Positions 1 through 9,487 of a stretch of DNA of 64,000 bases are shown one piece after another. The stretch's first letter is position 1. The number at the start of each line of letters is the position of its first letter. The position numbers were made by a program, and so were the translations under genes. The notes below the pieces were generated by a model. The model searched no databases and was not told the DNA's origin. It saw only the letters and a program-made list of their open reading frames with translations. The DNA is from Candidatus Cloacimonadales bacterium (GTDB taxonomy: Bacteria > Cloacimonadota > Cloacimonadia > Cloacimonadales > DAONDQ01), in NCBI GenBank assembly GCA_963662275.1, contig OY759316.1, forward strand, positions 2,496,001 to 2,560,000. The letters are read 5' to 3'.

Positions 1-38
1 ATAGAATTTGCTCAATAAGTGTTTCATAATATTCTCCA

Positions 39-2687
39 TTATTTTACATGTATTATCTTATGAGTGAATATACCGACCGATGTTTCCATCTTCACTAAAT
101 ACATACCATTTGGTGCCAAGTTATTATCTTTGGTTATTCCATCCCAACTGACTGCATAGTTCCCTGCTTTTCTGTTTGCACATTCAAGCTGCTTTTCCAG
201 TTGTCCTCTGATGTTATAGACCGATAGTCTGATCCTGTCAGTTTTTGCTACGGAATATCTGATGTTAATGGCATGATTGAAAGGATTCGGATATACACTG
301 ATAAGTGACGTATTGATAGGTGGAGCGGGATTATCATTGATACCGGTGGGGTCTATGATATATATACCGGTTACAGTTTCACTCGGTTGCCAGCCGTTTC
401 TGAATGAGCGTGCCTTGATGGTATCGCTCTCTGAGACAATAATAGGAACATTATAAACGGGTGAACTCTGGGTAGGATTACTGCCATCACGAGTATAATG
501 AATGGTATCCTGTTCTGTTGTCGTATTAAGACGGACATATTGGGTAACTCCATACGTTCCGGGTGAAGGTGTAAATGTCGGTGTACTTACAGTCAGGATT
601 GTTGTCACGGATATGGTTTCTGACTGGTCAGATGTTCCTTCATTATAGACTGCTGTCAGATAATAATAATAAGTCCCAGCTATGATATCTGTATCCTGGT
701 ATTGTGTAGGAACCAGCAACGTACTTGGGTTCAGATGAGTAAACTCTCCCGTGTTGCCAAATCTCCTGTAAAGATTGTAGCCAAGCAATGCTCTACTGGT
801 TATCCTGGGAACCAGCCAACTTAAATTCACTGCGTCCTGGGTTTGGACTGCTGTGAATTGAAATGGCGGATTCAGAATCGTATAGTTTTCTGCGAGCGTA
901 ATGCTTGGAAGCCAGTTCTGTTTGAAAGCTTTGGCTTTCAGTTCTGTATTTGTTGTTACAGATATTGGTACCGTGTAATGTTGTCCTGGAGATTCGGTCG
1001 GCTCAGTTCCATCCGTTGTGTAATAGATACCGGCATCTTCAGTAGGACAAGTGAGTATGATAACCTGTCCCTGGTTGTAAACACCACCTGCTGGTGATGC
1101 AGTAACTGCCGATATCTGTACCTGGATGTCTGCGGAAACGATATTGGATATACCGGACTCTACACCTGGAGGATAGACAGCTTTTACCCCATACCCATAA
1201 TTACCCGGTGTATGCAGAGTATCACAATACATTACTGTCTGCGGTGAAAGCAGCTCGGTGTTCAGACGACTGAATGTGCCATTAAGACCCAAACGACGAT
1301 AAACATTATATCCTATTGCATCGACTCTGATCGTATCGGGGGGTGTCCAGGAAAGATGTGCTCTCCCTATCTCAACCGTCAGAATCAGAGTATCTGGTAT
1401 ATACGGATAGTAGGTTTTAAAGTGCTTAACAACTGACCAGTTACCCCAGCCATTGATGTTATGACCACGAACTTGCCAATAATAAATTGTGTTCGTACTC
1501 AATATGTTGGGATGAATCGTATAGGAAACAGTAGAGGTAGTATCATCAACCATAGGATTAGTCATTCCGCTGTTTGTTGACACCTGAACCTGGTAAAGCG
1601 ATGTAACCGTCAATTGTTGCCAGGATAATACAGGAGTTAATGATTGTTGTGTAGCCCCATTAAATGGTAAGCTGGGTGTAGGTATACCTGGTGGGATTGT
1701 GGGTTCAGTTGATCTATATATTTGAGTTTCACAGCCCACCCATAAATAACCTTGACTATCCAATTCTGCTGAATAACAATTATTTGATATGATACATGTC
1801 CAACTATCTCCACCGTTAATTGAAGTAAATAAACCTGCATTACTAGTTGTATAAATATGATTCATTCTATTCACGCTAAGATCTTCTTCAAAGCTATACC
1901 CTCCTAGTACATCAGTCATTCGAACCCAGTTTTGATTTGGACCTTTTTTATAAAATCTGGAATTGCACAGATAATACACTGTATCTGCTTGAGAAACAGC
2001 AACAAATCCGATTCTATAGCTTAGATCCGGTCCTATATTACTCCAGTTAATACCATTATCAGTCGATAGCATAACTGTTGAAGTCATTGTAACACCAGGA
2101 GCACCTCCAAATGCAGCATAAATGTTCCCAATAGAACTTTTTGCTAAACTAAAGCACTCTATATCAAGACAACTATAAACATTCATCCATGAACTTCCAT
2201 TATCAGTTGATCTAAAAATTGTACCAGTATTACTACTTCTATTTCTACATCCTGCAATAATGCTTCCATCACTAGCAACAATAAGGGCATATACAGTTTT
2301 GCTTGCAATCTCTCCACCCAAAGAAGTCCAACTATCCCCATTATTTGTAGAACGGAGTATTCCTCCTGGGTTAGTATTATTACCATATCCTGCAAATATA
2401 TAGGAATTCGATGCTTTGTATGCAAAACAATGAATTGGCAGATTAGTATTGGAATATACAATGTTCCAAGTAACACCTTGATCTATGGTTTTGAATATAT
2501 GTCCATTATCACCACCTACAATTAGACTGTTATCAGATATAGATAAAATAGCATTCACGTAAGTGGCAAAACCATAAAGAACAGTAAAGCTATTCTGAGC
2601 AAATAACTGATTGGGAACAAGTACGAAAATGGAAAGCACAAGAACCAGAAAAAGTGCTTTAAATATTGAAAAAGTGCATGATCTCAT
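39..2687 (-). CDS. Secreted BNR/Asp-box beta-propeller protein with FN3 and chitobiase/Fn3-associated domains and a T9SS-type/FlgD-like C-terminal domain
   Basis: Signal peptide; repeated S-T-[DN]-[NG]-G-x-[ST]-W Asp-boxes; YYTTDGTEPT and HYTRDGSNPT Fn3_assoc motifs; VYPNPFN...YNIRGQ...WDG C-terminus. Start moved to ATG 2687 (GGAGG 5 nt upstream). Confidence 0.85.
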   Translation of the reverse strand: MRSCTFSIFKALFLVLVLSIFVLVPNQLFAQNSFTVLYGFATYVNAILSISDNSLIVGGDNGHIFKTIDQGVTWNIVYSNTNLPIHCFAYKASNSYIFAGYGNNTNPGGILRSTNNGDSWTSLGGEIASKTVYALIVASDGSIIAGCRNRSSNTGTIFRSTDNGSSWMNVYSCLDIECFSLAKSSIGNIYAAFGGAPGVTMTSTVMLSTDNGINWSNIGPDLSYRIGFVAVSQADTVYYLCNSRFYKKGPNQNWVRMTDVLGGYSFEEDLSVNRMNHIYTTSNAGLFTSINGGDSWTCIISNNCYSAELDSQGYLWVGCETQIYRSTEPTIPPGIPTPSLPFNGATQQSLTPVLSWQQLTVTSLYQVQVSTNSGMTNPMVDDTTSTVSYTIHPNILSTNTIYYWQVRGHNINGWGNWSVVKHFKTYYPYIPDTLILTVEIGRAHLSWTPPDTIRVDAIGYNVYRRLGLNGTFSRLNTELLSPQTVMYCDTLHTPGNYGYGVKAVYPPGVESGISNIVSADIQVQISAVTASPAGGVYNQGQVIILTCPTEDAGIYYTTDGTEPTESPGQHYTVPISVTTNTELKAKAFKQNWLPSITLAENYTILNPPFQFTAVQTQDAVNLSWLVPRITSRALLGYNLYRRFGNTGEFTHLNPSTLLVPTQYQDTDIIAGTYYYYLTAVYNEGTSDQSETISVTTILTVSTPTFTPSPGTYGVTQYVRLNTTTEQDTIHYTRDGSNPTQSSPVYNVPIIVSESDTIKARSFRNGWQPSETVTGIYIIDPTGINDNPAPPINTSLISVYPNPFNHAINIRYSVAKTDRIRLSVYNIRGQLEKQLECANRKAGNYAVSWDGITKDNNLAPNGMYLVKMETSVGIFTHKIIHVK

Positions 2688-3091
2688 ATTTTCCTCCAAA
2701 ATATAGTGATGAATTTATATTGATCATATCGTTAGTTATTTAATCACACTATTAGAAATGATTTGAATATCATTTTCGTTTTCTGCGTATAGAGACGAGA
2801 GAATTTAATCTTTTCATATTTGTTTTATTTATTCTGGTAGTTGAAGCATGTCAACAAATATTTAAATTATTTCTATCTATTAAAAAGCTGTTATTGCGAA
2901 AACCTCTTCATCATTTCATCTAATGATTCGAATAGTGCTTTTGAGATAAATACTAACATTTTATGGATACATCATTGAGTGATTTCAAAATCATGAGGCA
3001 TAGAAATGAAAAGTTGTGGTGCAGAAACTTGTAGTCTATTAGTGAATAATCTATATAGCATAAATATATTTTTCAATGCATAACAAATTCG

Positions 3092-3120
3092 AAAAAGGCG
3101 ACTATTAGAAGTCGCCTTTT
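3092..3120. terminator. Intrinsic terminator hairpin, probably bidirectional
   Basis: AAAAAGGCGAC-tattagaa-GTCGCCTTTT stem with A/T tails on both sides, downstream of the S41 peptidase gene. Confidence 0.7.
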
Positions 3121-3398
3121 ATGTAAACAGAACTTGTCTGGTAACAATAGCTCCTTTAATAATCAATTGAATCCTTCGTACTCAGATATTATCTTATCAC
3201 CGTCACCAAGGAAGGTCTTCCTGGGCTAACAGAGTGTCGTCCTACGGACTGAACACTGACACCTATAGTCTCGTATCCAGACTATTCTGTCCTCCATACA
3301 CCTAATACCTGCGCGGCGAAAAGAATTTTCTATTTCCGCCGATAAGAAATCAGACCTCCAGATGGGCTTACTTCCGTGTGCCCCTACAACCTTCTGCC

Positions 3399-4727
3399 TC
3401 ATTGCGTCCTCGGTGTCGAGTCTTCCCTACCTTCTTCATACATTCCGACAAGATTGACGATTGTACCTTCGTTATCCCTTTCAAAACGGATGCGGAAGTT
3501 ATCCATACCATCTATAGCGAATTTATCTCTACCCATTGGAATCATTTGAAGTTCACCAGCCAGCCGTTTATAAAACAAACGATCACCAACCATTGAAATC
3601 GTTCTCTGTCCATATTTTCCAACATACTGAGGTAATTCCCTTATGTTCAAATCAAATGAATTCGTTTTCATATTTAATCCATCCAAAGCCCAGTCTAGCG
3701 TAAATTTAGCAGTTGGATCAGTCGTTTGCAAGGCTAGTGAATCGAGGGTCATCTTATAGGCAGTATCAAGAGCCAGCTTGGATTCAACTGACACATCCGG
3801 TTCCACACCACTGGATTCCCAATCAGTCCCCGTGAGAGGATTGCTGATCTTCCCTATAGGAATTGTGGCAAAAAATCCGTTACCTAAATCTGCAAATGTA
3901 ACAGGATGTGCGGCTCCGGCAGTTGTCTCACCAACTATGGTAGCACGCTGGAGTGTTTTCATACTGAAAGCAAAGGCTTCCGGAGCCGAGCCTGTTAATT
4001 TGCTGGTAAGAATATAGATGGGAATATCAGCCATTCTCTTTCCTGGAGTATGTGTTAATGTCCAAGTCTGAATGGGTATTTTATTCCCGCGCATATCGAC
4101 TGAATTTAGTAGAATTGTTGGCTTAGCTTCATCGAAAAGGTAAGTCGATAAATATTGGACCAAAGCTGCTGAACCACCATTGTTATTTCGTAAATCAAAA
4201 ATCAAGGCATTGGTGTTGGAGACAAAATCCATAGCAGATGCAGCAGTCTGGTATGCTTCATTGAGAACAGAAAAATGATCAAGTTTGATATAACCGACAT
4301 TTCCAGGTAAAATCTCCACTTTCTTGAAACCGAAATTGTTCTTTCGCTCTTGTTCGATATCATTTATATTACATGAGGATTTAGCAGAAGGATTGCATGA
4401 TGGCATAAAAATTTTATTCCCATCACTTCCGTTGTATGTAACATGGAAGTGCAGATCCTTATTCATTTCCTGGAAATCCATCGTCAAACGTTCAGCAAAC
4501 TCATTCGGATTTGTAATGTCCTTGTAATCACCACTCCCTAGGTGTTTTTTATAAGTGGAAGTGATCCTATCAATACGATCAGTGAAATAATAGTTCGTTG
4601 AGATCGCATTATCCAGGGATTCAACGACTGCTGCCTTCATTTTTGTAGTCATTACGGGGGACTCGGTTGAAATAGCAAAAAGGATAGATGCTACTGTCAG
4701 TGCGATAACGAGAAGTGTTGTTTTCAT
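3399..4727 (-). CDS. Secreted S41 family peptidase (IRBP/tail-specific protease-like)
   Basis: GNVGYIKL, LIFDLRNNNGGS, TGSAPE, IVGETTAG, WESSGVEPD motifs; signal peptide MKTTLLVIAL; GGAGAG RBS before ATG 4727. Confidence 0.85.
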   Translation of the reverse strand: MKTTLLVIALTVASILFAISTESPVMTTKMKAAVVESLDNAISTNYYFTDRIDRITSTYKKHLGSGDYKDITNPNEFAERLTMDFQEMNKDLHFHVTYNGSDGNKIFMPSCNPSAKSSCNINDIEQERKNNFGFKKVEILPGNVGYIKLDHFSVLNEAYQTAASAMDFVSNTNALIFDLRNNNGGSAALVQYLSTYLFDEAKPTILLNSVDMRGNKIPIQTWTLTHTPGKRMADIPIYILTSKLTGSAPEAFAFSMKTLQRATIVGETTAGAAHPVTFADLGNGFFATIPIGKISNPLTGTDWESSGVEPDVSVESKLALDTAYKMTLDSLALQTTDPTAKFTLDWALDGLNMKTNSFDLNIRELPQYVGKYGQRTISMVGDRLFYKRLAGELQMIPMGRDKFAIDGMDNFRIRFERDNEGTIVNLVGMYEEGREDSTPRTQ

Positions 4728-4845
4728 TATTCTCTCCATTTTATAAAATTCTATCGTACGACTTTTATCAAATGATATAGAATTGTCAAATAAAAAGATT
4801 GCCTTTTTTTCTTTTACCGATATTTTGACTTTGAAGGATGGAATT

Positions 4846-5424
4846 ATGGATAAAGTTATTAATATTACAGATGTTGAACATATCAAGATATTCATGGATC
4901 AGAAACGACAGAATATACTACAGGTTCTGAAAGATAAGAAAACACCCATGACAGCTAAGCAAATAGCAGAAGTTCTCGGGATCAACCCGGCGACTATCAA
5001 TTTTCATACAAATAAGCTATGCAGCATAGGTATTTTACAGATAGTCAAAACGGAAGTCATCCATGGCATCGTTGCTAAGTACATGGAGCCAGCAGCTTCT
5101 TCTTTCAGGATTATGGTCAATACTGCCGATAAATCGATAGTGAAACTGATGAAGAATAAAATGTCTGCTGAAGCTGAAGTGCTCTTTGAAAAAGGGAAAA
5201 ACGACTATATTCAAAACTGTGGGATGAGAAAATCCTTAATGAAACGGATTTCTTACAATGATGTCTATTTGACTCTGGAACAATTGAATGAATTCAATGA
5301 GTTCCTGGATAAGCTAGTTACTGAGAATTCCACTGCCGATGACCCTGATAAAATACGTTTCAAACTCTTCAGTTCCTATATTTCTGATGATGAGGATTCT
5401 CTTGTGCAAAAATCATGCTGCTAG
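4846..5424 (+). CDS. ArsR/HTH_20-type winged-helix transcriptional regulator, divergent from the S41 peptidase
   Basis: RQNILQVL...MTAKQIAEVLGINPATINFHTNKL HTH; inverted repeat AATTCTAT-N22-ATAGAATT (4747-4784) in the divergent intergenic region is a candidate operator. Confidence 0.8.
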   Translation: MDKVINITDVEHIKIFMDQKRQNILQVLKDKKTPMTAKQIAEVLGINPATINFHTNKLCSIGILQIVKTEVIHGIVAKYMEPAASSFRIMVNTADKSIVKLMKNKMSAEAEVLFEKGKNDYIQNCGMRKSLMKRISYNDVYLTLEQLNEFNEFLDKLVTENSTADDPDKIRFKLFSSYISDDEDSLVQKSCC

Positions 5425-5569
5425 TAGTGAATAAAGGGAGCAACCATATTGTTATGGAGATTTAGCGTTAAACATAAGACATCCGCATAATACAATTTAA
5501 AAAATTTGACAAATAATTTATAAATTCATAATTTAACATATATTTCAAAGTTACTTGAAGGAGGGAAGC

Positions 5570-7681
5570 ATGAATAAAATATTTTATGTTTTAATCTTGA
5601 CTTTGTTTTCACTACCAGCTTGGTCGGTCATACATAAGCTTGGTTCATACGATACACCAGGATTTGCTAAATATGTTAAAGTTTTGGATAACATAGCCTA
5701 TGTAGCTGATAGAGAATCAGGTTTACAGATTATTGATGTCTCGAACCCCCAAAATCCGCAATTACTAGGTTCATATGATACACCTGCAAATACTTCCTAC
5801 GTCGATGTGGTTGATACACTTGCGTATTTAACAGATACCGTATCCGGTTTACTAATTCTAAATGTTGCAGATCCAACGAACCCGCATTTACTTAGCACCT
5901 TTAGTACAGGCTACCCTCTATTTTTAACAGTAGTACAAGATAAAGCTTATGTTGGCACTTCTACTGGTTTGTACATTGTTGATGTGTCCAATCCTCAAAA
6001 TCCAATTTTACAAAATCATTATGATGAGAGTCATACGATATATGCAGTGGACATAGTCGATGACATTGCCTATATAACATGCGAAGTGCATGGCTTAATG
6101 ATCGTCAATATTTCTGACCCGCTGAATCCACAACTTATGGGTTCATATGACGATGATGCTGATAGTTTTATTCAGGTTGAAGTAAGAGACTCTCTCGCCT
6201 TTATTAATGCCACTAATGCAGGTATCATACTTATCGATGTATCGAATCAGACTAATCCGCAGTTGGTCAGTGTATTAAACATCGATTCTGATTTTTCCTT
6301 CACTATCAGCGATAATAAGCTCTATACTAGTACAATCGATTGTTATGATATATCCAATCCCCTGGAACCATTATTCGTTAGCTGCTATATCGGTAATGGA
6401 TATGCTTTTTCAAGTAATGTTATTGGAAGCACCTTATATGCAGCGGCTTACGATGAAGGTCTGGAAATCATTGACTTCTCCGCTCCCGAGAACGAACTTC
6501 TTGTTGGATATTTACATGATTGTTCTGTTTACTCTATCGAATTGAAAGACAATTTAATCTATGCAATGGGTAGTCACGTTTTTAAAGTGATTGACGTAAC
6601 ATTGCCTGAGAATCCCTTATTACTAAGCACTTGTTCAAGCACTCTCTTTATGGTTTCTTTTACTCTCAAAGATAGCTTGGCATATTTAGCTTGTGCAGGT
6701 GGTATTTCTATCCTCGATATCTCTGACCCTCTAAATCCCCATGAAGTAGCTGTTTACAATATGTTCGATAATACTCAATATGCAAACTCAATTGCTTTTG
6801 AGGGAAATATAGCGTATGTGGCAGATCATAACGGTTTAACGATCCTGGATACGACGGATTCACTAAACCCAATAGAAATTGGATCATATCATCACGGCAC
6901 TTCCTCGTATGTTCAAGTTAGAGGTACTACAGTATTTCTTACCAACAGCAATTCAACTCTTGAAATACTGGACGTGTCAAACCCTCAGAATATCCAGTTG
7001 CTAAGCTCTATCAACCTCCAGAGCTATCCGTATTCTTTCGAAATCTGTAATAATGCCATTTACGTTGCGGAAGGTTCTTCCGGCATGGAAGTGATTAATA
7101 TTATAAATACTTTAGCGCCTGTCTTTGTAGAAACGATTCTTCCTCATCCATCAAGCAGCATACAAGCATGTTATGTAAAAAACAGTCATTTGTTCATTTC
7201 AGATTTGAATTGGAATGAAATAGGAATATACGACATAAGCATTCCACAACAACCAGTGATAGTAAATAATATTTCCTGGAACCTGGGGACATCGGATATG
7301 TGCATTAACAATAACTTACTCTACACGTCTAACAATACTTTGAACATTCTCGACCTGAGTTCCATAGTACCTGTACCTGTATCTGATCAAATCTGTGCAA
7401 CAGATCCTTTACTTACTATCTCTAATTATCCTAATCCATTCAATCCAAACACAACCATCAGTTTTGATATACTTCATGCAGGTTTGGTGAAACTGGATAT
7501 TTATAACATCAGAGGTCAAAAGGTCAAGTCTCTCCTCAATGATCAATTTGCCCAAGGTCGTCATAAAATATCCTGGAATGGTACAGATGATAAATGTAAA
7601 TCTGTTGCATCCTGTGTCTATTTTGCCAGGATCTGCATAGATGGTATAAGCATAAGCAGGAAAATGGTATTAGTGAAGTAG
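5570..7681 (+). CDS. Secreted LVIVD-repeat beta-propeller protein with T9SS-type/FlgD-like C-terminal domain
   Basis: Many AYVA..GLxIxDVSNPxNPxLLGSYDT repeats; NYPNPFNP...YNIRGQKV...KMVLVK end; GGAGG RBS before ATG 5570. Confidence 0.88.
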   Translation: MNKIFYVLILTLFSLPAWSVIHKLGSYDTPGFAKYVKVLDNIAYVADRESGLQIIDVSNPQNPQLLGSYDTPANTSYVDVVDTLAYLTDTVSGLLILNVADPTNPHLLSTFSTGYPLFLTVVQDKAYVGTSTGLYIVDVSNPQNPILQNHYDESHTIYAVDIVDDIAYITCEVHGLMIVNISDPLNPQLMGSYDDDADSFIQVEVRDSLAFINATNAGIILIDVSNQTNPQLVSVLNIDSDFSFTISDNKLYTSTIDCYDISNPLEPLFVSCYIGNGYAFSSNVIGSTLYAAAYDEGLEIIDFSAPENELLVGYLHDCSVYSIELKDNLIYAMGSHVFKVIDVTLPENPLLLSTCSSTLFMVSFTLKDSLAYLACAGGISILDISDPLNPHEVAVYNMFDNTQYANSIAFEGNIAYVADHNGLTILDTTDSLNPIEIGSYHHGTSSYVQVRGTTVFLTNSNSTLEILDVSNPQNIQLLSSINLQSYPYSFEICNNAIYVAEGSSGMEVINIINTLAPVFVETILPHPSSSIQACYVKNSHLFISDLNWNEIGIYDISIPQQPVIVNNISWNLGTSDMCINNNLLYTSNNTLNILDLSSIVPVPVSDQICATDPLLTISNYPNPFNPNTTISFDILHAGLVKLDIYNIRGQKVKSLLNDQFAQGRHKISWNGTDDKCKSVASCVYFARICIDGISISRKMVLVK

Positions 7682-7727
7682 GTTGCAGCGTAAAACGTTA
7701 TTCATAGAAATAGGCAATCCACTTATG

Positions 7728-7798
7728 AGCACTACGGTAGCATTACGGTAGCAATACGGTAGCATTACGGTAAAAAACCGTATTGCTACCGTATTGAT
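7728..7798. repeat. 11-bp tandem repeat AGCAHTACGGT x4 followed by two inverted copies
   Basis: agcactacggt agcattacggt agcaatacggt agcattacggt, an A-run, then accgtattgct accgtattgat. Confidence 0.85.
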
Positions 7799-7882
7799 AT
7801 AGTAATCGTACCCTTTTTCATTCTTGTTTCGAAACATAGGAATGAGACTAGTTTGGACTTGGGGTGGATTGTGAAGAAGAGC

Positions 7883-7933
7883 ATCAAACTCTCCCTTAAT
7901 CCCTCCCTTTATCCAAAGGGAGGGAGATCAGAT
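7883..7933. repeat. Palindromic REP-like element; an inverted copy lies at 9166-9216
   Basis: atcaaactctcccttaatccctccctttatccaaagggagggagatcagat is almost the exact reverse complement of 9166-9216. Confidence 0.85.
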
Positions 7934-7965
7934 CAGTCTTCTCTGTAATTTTTGGGATTTTACGT

Positions 7966-8015
7966 CCGGTACATTTTGATACAATTTCTCCTTCGTCGAA
8001 ATCACTCAATGAACC
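7966..8015. repeat. Dispersed ~50-bp hairpin repeat, copy 1 of 3 (others at 11169-11219 and 16633-16683)
   Basis: ccggtacattt(t/c)gatacaatttctccttcgtcgaaatcactcaatga(a/g)cc nearly identical in three places. Confidence 0.9.
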
Positions 8016-8039
8016 ATCTTATCTTAAATCTCAAATATT

Positions 8040-8837
8040 TTACACCTTGGCGTAAATGAACTCCGTGCTTATCGTTGTAAATCCCAAGTTTTCATATAAA
8101 GACATGCCCATCGAAGTTGCCTGCAATCCGGCAAGTGTATAGCCTTCTTCTTTTGCCATATGCATTGCGTGTAAGGTGATGGAGCGTCCCAGTCCACGAT
8201 TGCGATATTCGGGCAAAGTGGCAATGAAGTATAGCGTTGCTATGTCAATTCCTTTGAACGTCATACATGAGGCAGCCGGAATTCCATTCCAGTAGACAAG
8301 ATATAGTTCCTGCATTTTAGTATCAGTCAGGTTATGATGAAAGCAATAATTATTATATTCCACTTCTGCTTCTGGAGTCATCTCAAGGCAGACTGACGAT
8401 ATCTTACTCCAGGCATCAAGTTCTTCTAACGTTTGAACTGTTTTGCATTGTATATTTTCCATTTTAATCGGAGCAGGCAATTTCTCTAAATCAGCAATCA
8501 TCACAGGAAGATCTGCCACATGTTCATATCCGAACTCTTCCAGAATCTCTCGCAGATTTGAGTTTCTATGTTTACCGACCCACCAGTAATACGGAATCTT
8601 TTTCTTTTTAAAGTAATTAAATGCTTGCTTGAGGTTTTGGATGATATCATTCTTATTGGATTGTCTTTGAAAAATTCCATTCATGTCTGCAGAATGAATT
8701 CCAGTATTCATAATGATTAGATCGTTCAGTTCGATTAAGTCATTACCAGTGTGTTTTTTCTCGTATAAGATACTTTCTATAAGACTTTCATCCATTGCAT
8801 GGATCAATTCTTCCTTGGGCGAATGTATTGTAAGCAT
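8040..8837 (-). CDS. GNAT family N-acetyltransferase
   Basis: IATLPEYRNRGLG acetyl-CoA motif A; LQATSMGMSLYENLGF motif B; AGGAG RBS before ATG 8837. Confidence 0.85.
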   Translation of the reverse strand: MLTIHSPKEELIHAMDESLIESILYEKKHTGNDLIELNDLIIMNTGIHSADMNGIFQRQSNKNDIIQNLKQAFNYFKKKKIPYYWWVGKHRNSNLREILEEFGYEHVADLPVMIADLEKLPAPIKMENIQCKTVQTLEELDAWSKISSVCLEMTPEAEVEYNNYCFHHNLTDTKMQELYLVYWNGIPAASCMTFKGIDIATLYFIATLPEYRNRGLGRSITLHAMHMAKEEGYTLAGLQATSMGMSLYENLGFTTISTEFIYAKV

Positions 8838-9074
8838 ATGAGCCACTCCTGATGCTTTTATTAATATCATAATCAGATTCAGAAAATATGACAGATATTT
8901 CTTGCCAACGAAAATTAGTAATCATTTCTGAATTCAGCATCAAGAAAAATGAGGTAAAGACTTTTTGGAGTTTATATGAAAAACAAGAGTTTGGTGTTTA
9001 GAAGCGATATTAAGTTCACAATCAGCTTTTCAAACTCTCCGACACTATGCTTCGACTACGCTCAGCAACCACCA

Positions 9075-9216
9075 TCTCTCTTTATCCAAAAGAGGAATAG
9101 ATAACGCGCATCCTATCTGATTTCCCTCCCTTTGGATAAAGAGAGGAATGGATAACGCGCATCCTATCTGATTTCCCTCCCTTTGGATAAAGGGAGGGAT
9201 TAAGGGAGAGTTTGAT
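9075..9216. repeat. REP-like palindrome cluster with an internal 51-bp tandem duplication
   Basis: agaggaat(a/g)gataacgcgcatcctatctgatttccctccctttggataaag at 9091 and 9142, ending in the inverted copy of 7883-7933. Confidence 0.8.
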
Positions 9217-9487
9217 TCTGCTGCTGTGGACGTTTACATAAATGCTAGTATGCTAAGAGTTTGGAGTTCAAATGCCCTAAACAAATTATCATTGAATACT
9301 TAACTAAAAGGGCATTTGGACTTCAAAATCGACCTTTCATACTCGGCAGCGAAAACCTGTTTTCAGGGAAGTTTAAAATTTCTACTTCATATAGTTAATA
9401 ACGAAGTTCGAAATACCATAAATTAATTTTTTTCTTAAAAGTTGTTAAAGGAATTTTGGACTCTGTATCAAAGCATAAGGATGGCAA

